Assembly: GCF_902459465.1 (NCBI RefSeq)
Contig: NC_047079.1
Span: 7,688,001 to 7,752,000 of the forward strand
DNA from: Asterias rubens
Taxonomy: Eukaryota
Direction: 5' to 3'
Length of the DNA: 64,000 nt
How positions within the stretch are numbered: the first letter of the stretch is position 1; each line of letters begins with the position of its first letter. Under the pieces are notes generated by a model that worked only from the letters and a program-made list of their open reading frames with translations, searched no databases and was not told the DNA's origin. The position numbers and the translations under genes were made by a program. Shown here piece after piece: positions 1 to 13,127 of the stretch.

Positions 1-3000
1 TTATCAGGAAGTGTAACTCACACCATATCAACTTCCGTCATAGTCTTTGAGCTTACTGGACAAATAACACACATCTTACCTGTCATGGTAAGTGACAACA
101 GACAGAACATTGTCATTACAAAGTGACTCTTTCAGCGGCTGCTTTTTTTGCCTTATGAACCTAAAATGCCTCCTTTTTTTAATTTTTTTTTTTTAACTAC
201 TTCTGATTGAAATAATGTCATTTTCGGAGAACGTACATGTATGACCTTGGCACTGAAAGAGTTAAGAAAGTCCCTGGTAACAGTTCAAAAGTTGTCAAAA
301 GATTGAACTGTGTTGATTTTTCTCTATGAATGCAACTTGAACCGATGATGCTGTTTCTTGGTTAGGTTCCTCTATACAAATTTAACCCCAAACCAAGTTT
401 TTGACATTTTTCAATCTATGTTTTTGCTTACTCAGATGGCAGTATTGATATCCAATGCTATTGCTCAGTTATTACAACCATCTTTCTCAATCATTGTTTT
501 TGCTTACTCAGATGGTAGTATTGACAGCCAATGCTATTGCTCAGTTATTACAACCATCTTTCTAAATCTTTGTTTTTGCTTACTCAGATGGCGGTATTGA
601 TTGCCAACGCTATTGCTCAGTTATTACAACCATCTTTCTATGATAGTATCATCCAGATTAAGAAGCTACCATACTTACCTGATATCAGCCACGCTGGAGC
701 CAAGTAAGTCTTTCATCTTAAATAGTAACAGTAGGCAATCCTTTGATATCAATCAGAATATTTTGCACCTAAACCTGCTTTAATTGATTTACCCAGTTTG
801 CCGATAGGGAGATCATAGATATTGGGACTGGATGACTCAGTTGGTAGAGTGCCGGTGTGTTAACCCGCAGGTAGCCGGTTCAAATTCGGCTCATCTCAAA
901 CCCAAGATTGTATATCCCTTTCCGCGGGATATGTTGATGACCTTATCAATGAATGGCTAGAAGCAATACCATCAATTAATAATAGAAAGTTTGTTATCTA
1001 TTACATTTCTGAATGATTATTGTTTCTTTATTATAGGACTTATGAGATTTTTGTTGAAGACATCATGGTACGATACGTGAAGTTTATCTCTTGGCTGTCG
1101 ACCTACGGTGACTTGAAGGAACTCTTGGATACCTCTCCAAGACTTCAATCCTTCCCCTTGGTAGACGCTCCAGGTAGGCCCTCCTCTCTCTCTCCCATCC
1201 CCCTCCCATCCCCCTCCCATCCCCCTCCCATCCCCCTCCCATCCCCCTCCCATCCCCCTCCCATCCCCCTCCCATCCCCCTCCCATCCCCCTCCCATCCC
1301 CTCCCATCCCCCTCCCATCCCCCTCCCATCCCCCTCCCATCCCCCTCCCATCCCCCTCCCATCCCCCTCCCATCCCCCTCCCATCCCCCTCCCATCCCCC
1401 TCCCATCCCCCTCCCATCCCCCTCCCATCCCCCTCCCATCCCCCTCCCATCCCCCTCCCATCCCCCTCCCATCCCCCTCCCATCCCCCTCCCATCCCCCT
1501 CCCATCCCCCTCCCATCCCCCTCCCATCCCCCTCCCATCCCCCTCCCATCCCCCTCCCATCCCCCTCCCATCCCCCTCCCATCCCCCTCCCATCCCCCTC
1601 CCATCCCCCAAGATGATATGTTGCCTGTTGGTGTGTGGATTGGATATTTCTACCCTCAGTATTTTCCTGAGTTCATACAGTATTACTGCAAGGTATGTGG
1701 GACTATGTAGGTATGAATTATGAGACCTACTCCTTTTACATACCACCATGTAACATGTGTAATGGTTTACAAAATGCTGTGGCGCAATACACTGCTAATC
1801 AAACCAGAAACACCCGGGCTAACCCCTTCTCTTTTCGATAAGTGTACTTATTCCTTTTTTCTTAATGTATATTTGTTCATTCATATAGAGTCAATGATAC
1901 TACTGGGATCAGTACAGCGTAGTGAGTTAGAGTACATGTTAGAGAAGAAGATTGGTCTTGCAAGACGTCTTGTTGTAGTCCAAGAAAGGAAGAGAGCTCA
2001 AGGAGCTGCTGAGGTCCAACCAGGACCATCGGATCGATTCTCAGTCGTGTCATTCAATGCTAAGGTAAGTTAGAGGCATCTTCTAGGAGGTTAGAGCCGT
2101 CTGTCTCCTGAAAGATTGAGATATTAATGATGCTAGCTGGGGTAGTCTTGAGTTACTTTTAGTTCTCTGTTGGCTGGAGGGTTGAATCCCCCCATGCTGT
2201 GGTTTGGGCATTGGCTTGGTGACCAGTCTTGTTTCTTTACCTTGTTCTTCCATTCTAAGTGCTATTGATCAATTGGCTGTTTTCAGAGCCAACACTCCCT
2301 CAAAAGAGAATAATTGCATGGTTGTACATGCAAGGTGACTATTGTTTTGAGTTTGTTCTTGCGATATCTTAAATGAAAGCTTTCAACTTTCCCACATCTA
2401 TAAAACTACGTATTTTAATTTTATGTGTAATTTTGTTTATGTCAAATCAGCCAGAATTCAGATGTATGATTTTGACGTAATAATCTGTTTCTTATCTTGC
2501 AGTCCGATGATACCAACTCACAGGCAATCTCAATCAGAAACAGTGCTGATAATCGTAAGTTTTTTACTTTGAAGTTCCATAAATTTTTACCAATATGTCA
2601 ACAACAAAAATTTTGAATTTATAAATTGCTGTTTGTCCTGCGAGGTCTGATCAATTAAGAAGTGCAGGCATGATATTCTTCCTACTTTGGTCTGTTTTCA
2701 GATTTGTTTGGCCTTTGTATAAAATCAGAAAACGTGTGTACATGTAGGTCCACCCTTGTACTCAGTAAAATGTCTACTTGTTTCCAAAAACCAGATATCA
2801 TGCCCAGAAGACTCGTTCTGTAACTATTTTCCTGAATTTTGTTTGTTATTTTGTTTCAGCTTCTTCAGTCAGTCAGAGTAACTTAGAGGTAACTATAAAC
2901 ATCTGGAGTTTCATTATTTTGTTTTTCTCGTATTGTCTCCTAGAAGTAAAACAGTTTCATTTTATTTGTTGATCACCTGGATGGGACTTATACATGTTTC

Positions 3001-6000
3001 TCATTTCAGTATCTCCACTGTGCTATAAATTGGTTCTTTTCCTCAAAATGTGATTTATGTATGGCTCCAAACATGGGTTCACATTTTGTTACAGAAACAC
3101 AGATTAACTCTTGCTGGTCTTGTAGTTTAACGAGTGAAACCATTTTCTATAATTTTTTGGGTACAATATTGGTAAAACATCCTATTCACAGAACCTCAGA
3201 CTTCCACAAAGTACGATACCTGCTAGGCTAGCATTGGGTGGACAGGTTTCTTCTCTACAGAATTGTGCACGAATGTTAAGCTTATTTTACAGGTTAGAAG
3301 AGAACTTTGCTTCTGTGCTTAGGCATTCCATGTTTACATAGGCATTCTTCGCTTACACAGCTTGTGCAGAAATTCGGCTCTTACCTTGCGAAGAATGATG
3401 ATTGCAAGCGCAGAATTTGGCAGTAAGCAGAGCCATAAAATGAAGCTGTTTATCTATGATTGGAGTCATACGTTCAACCAGTTTTCATTCTCTAAGGTTT
3501 TAATCTCCTTGGTGTTAATCATTTACATTTCCTTGGTGCTAATTTGAAACTATTTTTCCCATCTTTTCTTTTCCTCTCTGTTGAATGTTGGATGATATTT
3601 GTTAACTTATTTGTTATAACTAACATGTTTTATACTTCTGTTGAATACAATTCCCTGATAACCCTTTTACTTCTTACTTAATATCAATATCTTATCCTGG
3701 TATTTCTATAATTTTTTTTACTAAATGATTAATTGGTTTTCACGGTACCTCTCATTCACATATGTAAATTCACTTTCCCTACTTTATTAATTGGTTTTCC
3801 CGGTACTTTCCCATTTGTATGTCATTCACTTTTCCTGCTAACTTAAATTGACTTTCCCGGTACTTCCCTGCAATCCCATATAAATATATATTTGTTAATT
3901 CACTTTTCCTGCTAACTTATTAATTGGTTCCCGGTACTTGCCATTTGTTATTCACTTTTCCTACTAACTTATTATTTGGTTTCCCCGATTCTTCCTTGTT
4001 ATCCCTGTACGTGATCATTTCCTTTGTTTTCCTTGTCTTTTCCATGTGCTGTATTTCACTCCTTGTGGCATTGCAACTTCCTCCGTATTTCCCCACTCCT
4101 TCATTCCTTCATTCCATCGTAGCTTTCCCTCCAAGTCCTGCTTAGGAATTCCCCCCGCTCTACTCCTCGTTCTTCCCCAAGGAGTTCCTTCTCTGTGACT
4201 GGCAAGGTAGGGCAAACACTTCTCAAAGAAGAAAATCATGAATGAAGATCAGGGATGAGATTGTTCAGACTTTTGGCTGAATTCAGACTTTTTATGTCGG
4301 CCTAGTGAAGAAAATCAGACATTATTTTTTTCCACAATTAAAGAAATCCTTCACATTGGTCCACATCTCTGGTGCTTTTGATACTGTTTCCAAAAGCTCC
4401 TTGGAATCTTTAACCCCAGGGGTTACCAAATGTTAGAAATGGCATCATTTCAACATACCTTTGAATTTGTATCCAAGTTTCAGACTTTTTTGTTAGTAAT
4501 GACTCTCACCCCTGGAAGATGTCCAATTAATCAATCGTAAATCATAAATAATTTGCAAAGCGCCTAAATCAAAAGTTTACTTAAAGGTGCTGAGGCACAG
4601 AAGAAATAAAAAGTCATTTATGGTAGGCCTCATGAATCAAGTGGGCTTTCAGAAGTTCTCCCTTGACAGTAGGTTGCTGGCCAAATGCAAGTTATAACTT
4701 GAGCAAGTGAAAATGCTGGCGGACTATTAAAATGACAAGCTATAAACTGGTCCCGCTGACCAGTCCTTGACAAAGAATTTCTTCTGCTAAAGATTTGTTC
4801 CCTCGCATGTTGTTATCCCTTTGCATGGTGTTAATGTGGTCTGATTGCTTACTGTTAAATGAACTTTCTGTGAAATCATGTTTATTCCGAGTTTCACTAA
4901 TTCACTCTGTTTTCTCCTTCACTTAATTTGGTCAGAGTTTTTCCCACAAAAATGTGTGCCTTTATACTTAATTGCAAAATGAATGTTTGCTGTTTATCTG
5001 TGTGTAAAATTATGGCTGCTTATCTGTGTTGTTGTGCAATTGTGTTTGCTTGAATGAATGTGAAATGATGACCCCCATCTGGAGTTGAGCAATTTAAATC
5101 TTCTGTTGACTTATCTTGTTGATTTTGATAATGATTGCAGGCTATACGTTATTGGAATGGTTTGTCCTTCAAAACAACTGTTTTATGAATTTTCAGCTCT
5201 TTGTAAAATAACGGATGAGAAAAACTAATGATTCACACCTTCCCCTACTGGCATTGGATATTCACTCTAACCATCAATGTATTGATCAAATTACTTTCAA
5301 AAGTAGAGTGCAATGAGTGGTTCTAACCCTAGACATGCTAGACCAGTTATGTGTGATTTTTCAAACATGTCCATAAACGTACTTGTCCTGAACACAAAGT
5401 CATGCAGTAGCTTTTAGATTCAACTGATAGAAACACTTAAATTAGAACACCATTTAGCGTGACCCTTCACGATGTTCACACTGTATGCCATGCCACACTG
5501 TTTTGTTACATGTCTATTTTGCTCGCACCACCTAAGGGAATGTTAAAAGCATTTGGATCCAGAGACAGCGTTCTGAGCTCAAGTAACGACTCATTGGATG
5601 GTATCACTCGGAAACCTAAGGTTTATAAACTGGTAAGTTAACCCAAACGCACCTGCTACAGGTTGCGAACCATTATAGCCTAGATGCATAGAGTGGCTTA
5701 TTCACCCATCGGCATGGGATTTATCAGGAGTTTTACTGATTTCAAGATTTTTTCAAAACTCCTTGAGCCTTCAAGTTTACTTGAAAGGAGTAAAGTAGTC
5801 ACCAAATGGGGGTAAGAAATAGTCCACAGTGTGTCCAATCTGTAGTTTTGTATTGGATTTTGTAGGATTTGGGTCTAAAGTAAGGGTGGCCAAGACCCTT
5901 TTTCATATCTTAAGGAACTTTCATTCAATCTCATCCCTGCCCTTTTAAGAGCAAGAATTATAGATGTAGCTGTAGATGAAGTAACTTTAGTTCTGTTTGT

Positions 6001-8890
6001 CAGAAGTCACTCTCCAAACAATTGAAAAAGTTTGAAAGCAGCTGAATTAGATTAGAGTGACAAGATGGTGATTGTGAAATAACCTTCATAATTCCGACGG
6101 TGGTTGAGATCATTCGATGATCAGATGATCTCAATCAAACTCAGGGACAATAAGATTCAGACAAGCTTCAAAGTACCAATTCTGAAGACATAATTGATAA
6201 CATTTTATACTGACAGAGCTAACACTCTTTGCGTCTGTAACATTTTAATAAATGCTGCCTCTAACTCAACAACCATTAGGCATGGTTTTTATTTGGTTGT
6301 ATTAACAATCTTATCGATGTTGGCTGCAGTGTTTTTATTTGGCATGATGAATGTAGCATTTAATGTCACATTTAAATTTATCCTTGTGTTGTTCACCACT
6401 CTTCCCAATCTGTCGAGTTAATGTTTCTAATTTTATCTTAATAACTTCTTCCTTGTCTTTTGCCCTATTTCCTCTGTGGATATAATATAACCATAAATTA
6501 TGTGTTTTTAATTTGTATTTTGTATCCCAAAAGCCTCTAGATTGTTAGTTTTGACACTTTTACCTCCTAGCGAAGTAGAGGAGAAATGCTACATAACATT
6601 AGTTATAAATGAATTAACACCAGTGCTATCATCAATAAAAATAATCACAAAACTGTTTTTTATTAAGTATTGAATTGTCTCCATAGAAAAAAATAACTTG
6701 CTCTTCCGGTTTTTGTAGAACTATTACTTGTGATATATTTTTTATTATTGTACATGTATATTATTGTTGGCACTTTTGTGGATTTGTGCTCTTTATAATT
6801 TGTCATTATTATTACTATTATTATTGTTATGATTTCTTACAGCCGATTGGTGAGTTTGAAGACATGACAGGAGAAGAGGTACACACTACTATTACTCAAT
6901 ATTACTTTTTATTCAGACTGTTTGGGAGGTTGGGGGTTGATGGGGGTTGTGAAAGAACCTCGTATGATCTGATTTACGCCCGAATTATTATGCTTACCAT
7001 TTGAGCAGTAGAGGTGAAGTTTGATAAAACTGATGATCTGTTTTAATCTTAACAGCTTGAAGAGTGGGAGACAGAAGAGTTGAAGCCTCAATTGGATTTC
7101 AGTGAAGTTCATATCGACCCGGCTCCTTTCCAACTTGTTGAGAGAACATCTCTCCATAAGGTAAGTCATGAAGACTCCTCTTTATTCCGACAACTCTATA
7201 TTCCATCACCCCATGATCTGACACTCCCATGTCTCGACACCCCTTTTTCTGACACCCCTGTGTTCCCATCGTATATTCCGACAAACTTATGTTCCAAAAA
7301 CCCCATGTCAGAAAAAAATTGATATTGACTGTATATATTCTATAATTGCATTCGTTGTTTATTATTTATGTGTTCAAAGCAAAGTTTTGATTTGAATTAA
7401 CATTTTTAATAATTCTTGACTGTGATTTTTACATTGTTTTGCTTCACCGTAACATGAGACATTTGTCATTCATTTTATTTGATGGTATATATTTGATTGT
7501 GAGCTTTTTAAATGCGTTCTTGTTACAGCTTTGATTGTTGTATGGTGTTATTGCACCTTTCTTGCCTGTAAGGCTTGGATATCTATTGTGCTTATATTTT
7601 TTACTATTTAGCTCATACCAATTAGTAAACTCAAAGGAAACTGTATTTATTCATCATTAATATTGATATTGTCAAAAACTAACGCCTTCGCATTTAATTA
7701 GTTTGAGCATTGAGTCAGATAAAAGCTTTGAAAAGCTATTGTGTCCATTTTATCCTTACAAAAAAAATATTCGAGAGCCGATTATTGTTCCCAATGGGAG
7801 CTTGTACTTTTATACAAACATTACCGAAAGGGTAAAAAATAAATATTAAGCTATCTTTTAAAAATGAACTACGATTCCAGTTGTTTACTGCAAGAATCTT
7901 GAAAAATTGGTTTTCAGAAACTCGGGCGGTGCAGGGACTAGAGGGTTAAAATAAATAAATTAAATTTTCTGTCTCCCCTGTTGAAACTTGTTCCCATGAT
8001 AGAGACAGATTTCCCTGGGACACCCCTCAATGGGACTGAGGGTGTCTGCTTTTGAACAATTTTGTTAGTCTTATTTTATACTACATAGCTGTATATTTAG
8101 GTAGTACATTTTTTAATATTTACAATGTAGGGTGTATTGTAAGTTTTTTGATGTAATTTGTAATTATTTCTATCTTTATGTAGTTTTAATGGGATTTTTT
8201 TTTTTAAATGTGCTTTTGAATAATCCTCAACTATCAAGTTTAGTATATTTTCTTGAATTTTTGATTACTGTTATCCTTGCCTATTGTTATTATTATTAGA
8301 TAAGTAGCTGTAACATGTACCCCTATTGTTATATTTAACAATGTACTATTGTTCTTTCCTTTTGTTAGTGTCACTCCATGTTCTCATTACTTGGTCTGAA
8401 CCACACCTATGTTACAACTCTTGGACGATTAGTAGGAGTGGTGTCTTTGAAAGAGGTAAGACACCTTTGGATTGTACAATTGATTCCTTGCCCGATGACA
8501 GCATCCTGTGCCCAGATGAAAGACTGTACGCCAACCTTCGGGGGGCTCCAAGTGTTGTTTGTCACAGTAACAGGTCCTTAGAAAATGGCGCCTGACAAGA
8601 ACAAATGGCTTTACTATTGCATTTTTATTGATAGATTTAATGTCCCCCTAAAAAAAGAAATAATAATAATAATTAAAAAAAAAATAATAACAAAATGTTT
8701 GGTGCTGTCAAGTATATTATCTTAAGAAGTAGTATAAGACTTTGTTGAAGATTGATGATTGTTGGATTCTTTCTTCCAGATCCGGAGAGCCATTGAGAGG
8801 ACAGCTCAGAATAATCGTAACTCTTTCCGGCAAAGTAGCAGCCATCCACCGCTGCAGAATACCATCCATGGAGAAAACTCAACAAGTTGA
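1..8890 (+). CDS. CLCN2: ClC-1/ClC-2-type voltage-gated chloride channel, 3' part (helices O-R, CBS1, linker, CBS2, C-tail); multi-exon, 5' part lies outside the window
   Basis: Exons read by hand with GT-AG boundaries and consistent phases: 1-87 ([29 protein letters not shown]), 588-703 ([33 protein letters not shown]), 1037-1173 ([18 protein letters not shown]), 1889-2064 ([14 protein letters not shown]..), 6843-6878, 7056-7160 ([20 protein letters not shown]), 8369-8455 ([29 protein letters not shown]), 8780-8890 (IRRAIE..TGA). Less certain linker exons: 2503-2554, 2860-2888, 5537-5632. The motifs match ClC-2 ([32 protein letters not shown]). The symbol denotes the subfamily, not one-to-one orthology. 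Confidence 0.93.
127..261. mobile_element. Short MITE, piggyBac-like ends, in ClC intron
   Basis: ctctttcag at 127-135 and ctgaaagag at 253-261 are inverted. The right end is followed by ttaa; the left ttaa is degenerate. Confidence 0.4.
411..638 (+). repeat. Three 76-bp tandem copies spanning a ClC 3' splice site and exon start
   Basis: Units start at 411, 487 and 563. Each contains tgtttttgcttactcag|ATGG..ttacaaccatctttc, giving acceptors before 436, 512 and 588. Confidence 0.9.
824..893 (+). mobile_element. tRNA-derived SINE head (degenerate)
   Basis: Box A-like tgactcagttggtagag and box B-like ggttcaaattc at tRNA spacing; no clean acceptor stem. Confidence 0.5.
1193..1609. repeat. 11-bp minisatellite (ccatccccctc)n, about 38 copies
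   Basis: Near-perfect tandem array with one 10-bp variant; the minus strand reads (GGGAGGGGGAT)n. Confidence 0.97.
3728..3990. repeat. Degenerate tandem repeat, about five units of 50-75 bp
   Basis: Recurring taattggttt(t)cccggtact...ttcacttttcctgctaactta blocks. Confidence 0.7.
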
Positions 8891-9585
8891 CTCCTTAACA
8901 GCCAAGAAAGCCTCTGAATCAAACAGTATGACCTTCCCCTTGCCCTTCCCATCTCCACTTTAACTGATATATATTATAGAATAAAGTCAGAGCCGTATAT
9001 TGACAGAGTTACGGACCAAACTACAATTTGAAAAATTTAACGTACCAAAAAGTAGAGTTACTTGAAATTTCTCTCATCTTGATTAATGTTTAAACAGGCA
9101 TGATGTTCCGATTTTTGGGGCCCTTTGAAAAACCAGAAAAATGATGACTAAATTGAGGTCTAATGGAACGTATGTGGGTCAACCATTGTACTGAATAAAA
9201 TATTCCTACTTATTTGCAAGGACCAATTATCATGCCTGTATAATGATTCGGATACTATCTTGGCGTACATAGTACATGTATACCAGCTAAAGAACCAAAA
9301 AGTAAAGAATAGTTTATGATTATATTATTTGTACAAAGAGACTTTACTCGGGGTCCTCACTGGTAAAATTAATGTTACTTCAAAATTATATTAGTTGTTA
9401 CTATCTGTTGCTATGGTGAATAGTTGACTAATTTGTGTGATTTTTTAGCATTCTTTTATAACTAGATCAATGTGATGTGGTTGTTTTGACATCGCAAAGT
9501 CGTGTTGAATTACTCCTCCAGTCAGATATAATATATCTATTATATATCGTTGCGGTATCCGCTGAAAAAACATAGGATTCTAACT

Positions 9586-9725
9586 GCCTCGGTAGTCTAG
9601 TTGGTAAGACACTGCTCTAGAATTGCAAGGGTCGTGGGTTCGAATCCCACCCAAGTAACTGTTGCCTGTGATATTTTTTTCACAGGACTTTGGAAATTAA
9701 TGAGTATACAGTGCTAACACACACC
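9586..9725 (+). mobile_element. tRNA-derived SINE
   Basis: Box A tagtctagttgg, box B ggttcgaatcc, then a T-run and cacagga.. body. Homologous to the reverse-strand copy at 43628-43723. Confidence 0.7.
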
Positions 9726-9774
9726 AGATATATATTCATACATACTATATAACAGGTTAATATTTAACCCTTAA

Positions 9775-10151
9775 AGTCAGTGAACACTATTGGTAATTAC
9801 TCAAAATAACTATTAGCATAAAACCTTACTTGGTATCAAGTAATGGGGAGAGGTTGATAGTATAAAACATTGTGAGAAACCGCTCCCTCTGAAGTGATGT
9901 AGTTTTCGAGAAAGGAGTAATTTTCCACAAATTTGATTTCGAGACCTCCGATTTAAAATTTGAGGTCTCGAAATCAAGCATCTGAAAGCACACAACTTTG
10001 TGTGACAAGGGTGTTTTTTCTTTCATTATTATCTCGCAACTTCGACGACCGATTGAGCTCAAACTTTCACAGGTTTGTTATTTATGTATATTCTGAGATA
10101 CACCAAGTGAGAAGACTGGTCTTTAACAATTACCAATAGTGTCCAGAGTCT
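9775..10151. mobile_element. 377-bp non-autonomous DNA transposon (Kolobok-like, TTAA target), copy 1
   Basis: ttaa at 9771-9774 and 10152-10155; degenerate TIR agtcagtgaacactattggtaatt / aattaccaatagtgtccagagtct; internal hairpin ttgatttcgagacctc/gaggtctcgaaatcaa; homologous to 48696-49072. Confidence 0.8.
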
Positions 10152-10992
10152 TTAAAGAAAAACAATATGAAGGGAAATATTTTATAGACACCTTGCCAGA
10201 GGTGTGTAGTGGAAGAGTTACAACACGGAGGGACTAGTTTTCGGTGGTCATGTTGTTGTTGGACGCCATTTTCAATCCAAATTCAGAGTTATTGAACAAT
10301 GTCACTAATTGTTTGAGAACATGACAAAAGGAAAGACACTGAAAATTACATCGAACATTTTGGGACGATAATTGTTTAAAATTTTCCCCTTGACTTTTGT
10401 ATTTACATGCCATATTTAATGCAGAACATGCATGTAATTTAAATGAAAGCTTACGACTTTATCGAATCCAAGAAAATAGCTATTGTATATTTTAATCTGA
10501 CTTTGGTGGTAAAATCGGCCACAAATTAGACCTAGCATCGAAAAGGACTGTCATGCCAGTGCTACATGCCAGATTAAATGTAGAATGCATGCTATCATTA
10601 CATGCACATGTATATTTAAATAACCAGCACTTAAACTACAATTGATTTCGTTAAGCTTGTATAAACCCAAATTTGCTTAGCAACAAAATATTGCTTAATG
10701 TGAAACTGCCCTGTGGTAAGTGTAAAAAAAGAAACGATATTTTTTTATAAAGCTGGTGTGTATTTAAAACATGTTGCTGCCCTCCAGAATTGTACTGAAA
10801 ATAAATTAAATCTTCATTATTTGTTGTATCGAATTCTTCAAGTTGATGGTCACAACTTTACAAATATATTGTTTCGGGGGATGAGAAATTTTGGTTTTCC
10901 ATTTTTCTCTTAATTGAAATTTATGTTCAGTTTACCTTTTAATTTTGTCCTTTATTTTATTTCACTTTGCAGACTCTTACTTTTAACAACAT

Positions 10993-11167
10993 GGCCCAAT
11001 TTTTAAAAGCTGCTTAAGTACAGCAAGTCGCTAAGCACAAGTCGCTAAGCACACCATCCAAACTACATGTCGCATGTACAATTTGTGATTGATATCAAGC
11101 TTATTTTTGCTTAGAAGAAACATGTTAAACACAGTTCTCTGCTTAAGCAGCTCAGTGAAATTGGGCC
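10993..11167. mobile_element. MITE with 26-bp imperfect TIRs (Harbinger-like ggcccaattt ends)
   Basis: Left end ggcccaattt-ttaaa-agctgcttaag versus reverse complement of the right end ggcccaattt-cactg-agctgcttaag. Confidence 0.65.
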
Positions 11168-11362
11168 CTGGTAATCAATATAATGGTGCTATTTTTATTC
11201 AGGAATTTGATACAAGTTGAGGCGGAAATATATTCCCGTTCTTCCTTAGAAAAAGAGTAGAGCGGGGGGGGGGGGGGGTCACTATCCGATAACCTTCTCA
11301 AGTTGTCTGTAAATGAAAGTGTGTGGTTAAGACTGCTGCTAGTGTTCTGTAACTTACAGCCT

Positions 11363-11570
11363 TTTCAGACAGGCGCGTCAGAGTCGCGCCGAACCAAATA
11401 GATTAGGAGCGACTCTATTCATTCACTACAACAGTCGATCTGTCGACTTTCAACAGTCGATCTGTCGACTTCTAGCGCGTCCAGTCGCTCCTAACTGTTT
11501 CAGTCAGTCAACTTTTCATGTACTCAATTCAGAATTTGGTCTTGTACAACTCTGGAGCGCCTGTCTGAAA
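11363..11570. mobile_element. MITE with nested inverted repeats
   Basis: Perfect 14-bp TIR tttcagacaggcgc/gcgcctgtctgaaa; inner 12-bp inverted pair ttaggagcgact (11403) / agtcgctcctaa (11483); 22-bp-period duplication caacagtcgatctgtcgactt. Confidence 0.7.
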
Positions 11571-11977
11571 CGGGTTTAAGTTAAATGTAGTAGCATAAAC
11601 ACTAAGTCTTAATTCTGCGATTCCATTGCTTTAAATCTTTATTTATTTATTTATAACGTCCAAGCTCTTATTGTAATGTGTATAAAGCCACCATTTCAAT
11701 GTACTTATAACATCGTAATGCTTTATCTGTGATGTGAGAAAAAGAAGTTTTGTCATAGCCTCGTTGAGCATTCCATCTTTACATTTGACAGCACTGATGT
11801 ATAATCTGATTATTGCAATATTATGTATAATAAATAATATTAAGAACAACAGTGCTAGTAAATTGTGTAATGTTGTCCTTTGTCACTTTCTATTTAAAAC
11901 ATTTACTCCTGCTATTGACCTCTTGATGCTTGCCCTACCACTTATCTATCATGTGAAACGTTTCTTTCTTCATTATC

Positions 11978-12200
11978 CAGTGGCGTTAGTGTGTGAGGGC
12001 GGGGGTTGGGGTTAGTGCTCTCGGACGCCTCCCCTGAAAGTTTTGAAATCTTTTAAACTGGAAATTGCATAGTGGTACCTCTTTCTATTGCCTCGGCTAG
12101 GTGTGCTTGTTGCCATATCAAGAGTTCTGTCCGTTGGCGTCGGTGTACACTGTTTTTTGTTTTGATTTGTTCTCTTCGGGGGGGGGGGGCTCCGCCACTG
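11978..12200. mobile_element. cagtggcg-ended MITE (repeated once per array unit)
   Basis: Begins cagtggcg, ends cgccactg; contains G-runs and the gaaagttttgaaat core typical of such MITEs; no TSD found. Confidence 0.5.
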
Positions 12201-13127
12201 CTGGAATGGTTGGGTGTATTTGTGTTGTTATATTTATCAGGATTCATGTGACTATGTTAATTGTTAACAGAAAACACGACTGCAGACTAAATATATTACA
12301 GCAAAATTGTTTTGCTTTGAGCTATTTAGTATTTATTTGACAGGACCAAACTAAAGCTAGTAACCATCTACTGTAAATATTACATCTCTCTTAGCACGAA
12401 ACGCCTGTAAAAGGGCTGCAGAGAAACTTAACACATTACTTATTCACCAGATGCATTTTTAGTCTGATCATTATTATGCGTGCAACTTTTTGTTTTGTCC
12501 TGATACAAAATAGTCTAAAAACAGTTTGGTTCATAACCAGAAGTAACAATAGCTCAAAATAATGAGATAAATGGTCGCATCTCGGTTATGTTTGAAGACT
12601 AAAATTCACATACAATGAACACAATAGTATCAAGGCTTATTCCTGACATGATTATGCTGACTGATTGCTAAGGCATTATGTTTTGCAGTAACGCTACAAT
12701 GAAAAACCCATCTTTTTCATGGTTTATTAATGAGCGAATCATACACAAGCCGCCTCTGCCATATTCATTAGGTTGTTATTGAAAAGACAAATTGCACATC
12801 GTTTATTAAAAGCGTATAAGAAGTCAACCGTGAAGAGATAATATTAAAAAATGAATTATGAATTTAATTGATCATGTTTGCCCAATATATACTATACAAT
12901 TCTTAACTATATCTGCAACGTCAAGCTATTGATGAAAGTGCAGATTGTTTGTTTACGAATCTATACACTTAGTTACTGTAACGACATAATTCTATCATTA
13001 GCTCTTAATTTAATCAATGAGGTGCTTATATAATAACACTGACAAAAATGTCAAACGTACAAAATGCGAATTCGCGATTTTTGAAAATCATTATTTAGTC
13101 ACCATGACGTTAACATCGATCCCACAC

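Noticed and set aside
1017-1749. Long ORFs ([11 protein letters not shown])n and ([11 protein letters not shown])n
   Set aside because: Translation artefacts of the stop-free 11-bp minisatellite in a ClC intron; only 1037-1173 is real exon.
8378-8595. Read-through of the ClC exon into the intron as an alternative C-terminus (EVRHLWIVQ..)
   Set aside because: A canonical donor at 8456 and a downstream exon giving the conserved IRRAIE explain the gene; there is no independent support for retention.
824-9660. tRNA-like sequences at 824-893 and 9586-9657 (also 43628-43723) as tRNA genes
   Set aside because: Acceptor stems do not pair and a shared non-tRNA body follows; they fit SINE heads.
12053-12340. 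Small ORFs repeated in each array unit (64-90 aa)
   Set aside because: They lie over a MITE, and their frames change with poly-G length between units.
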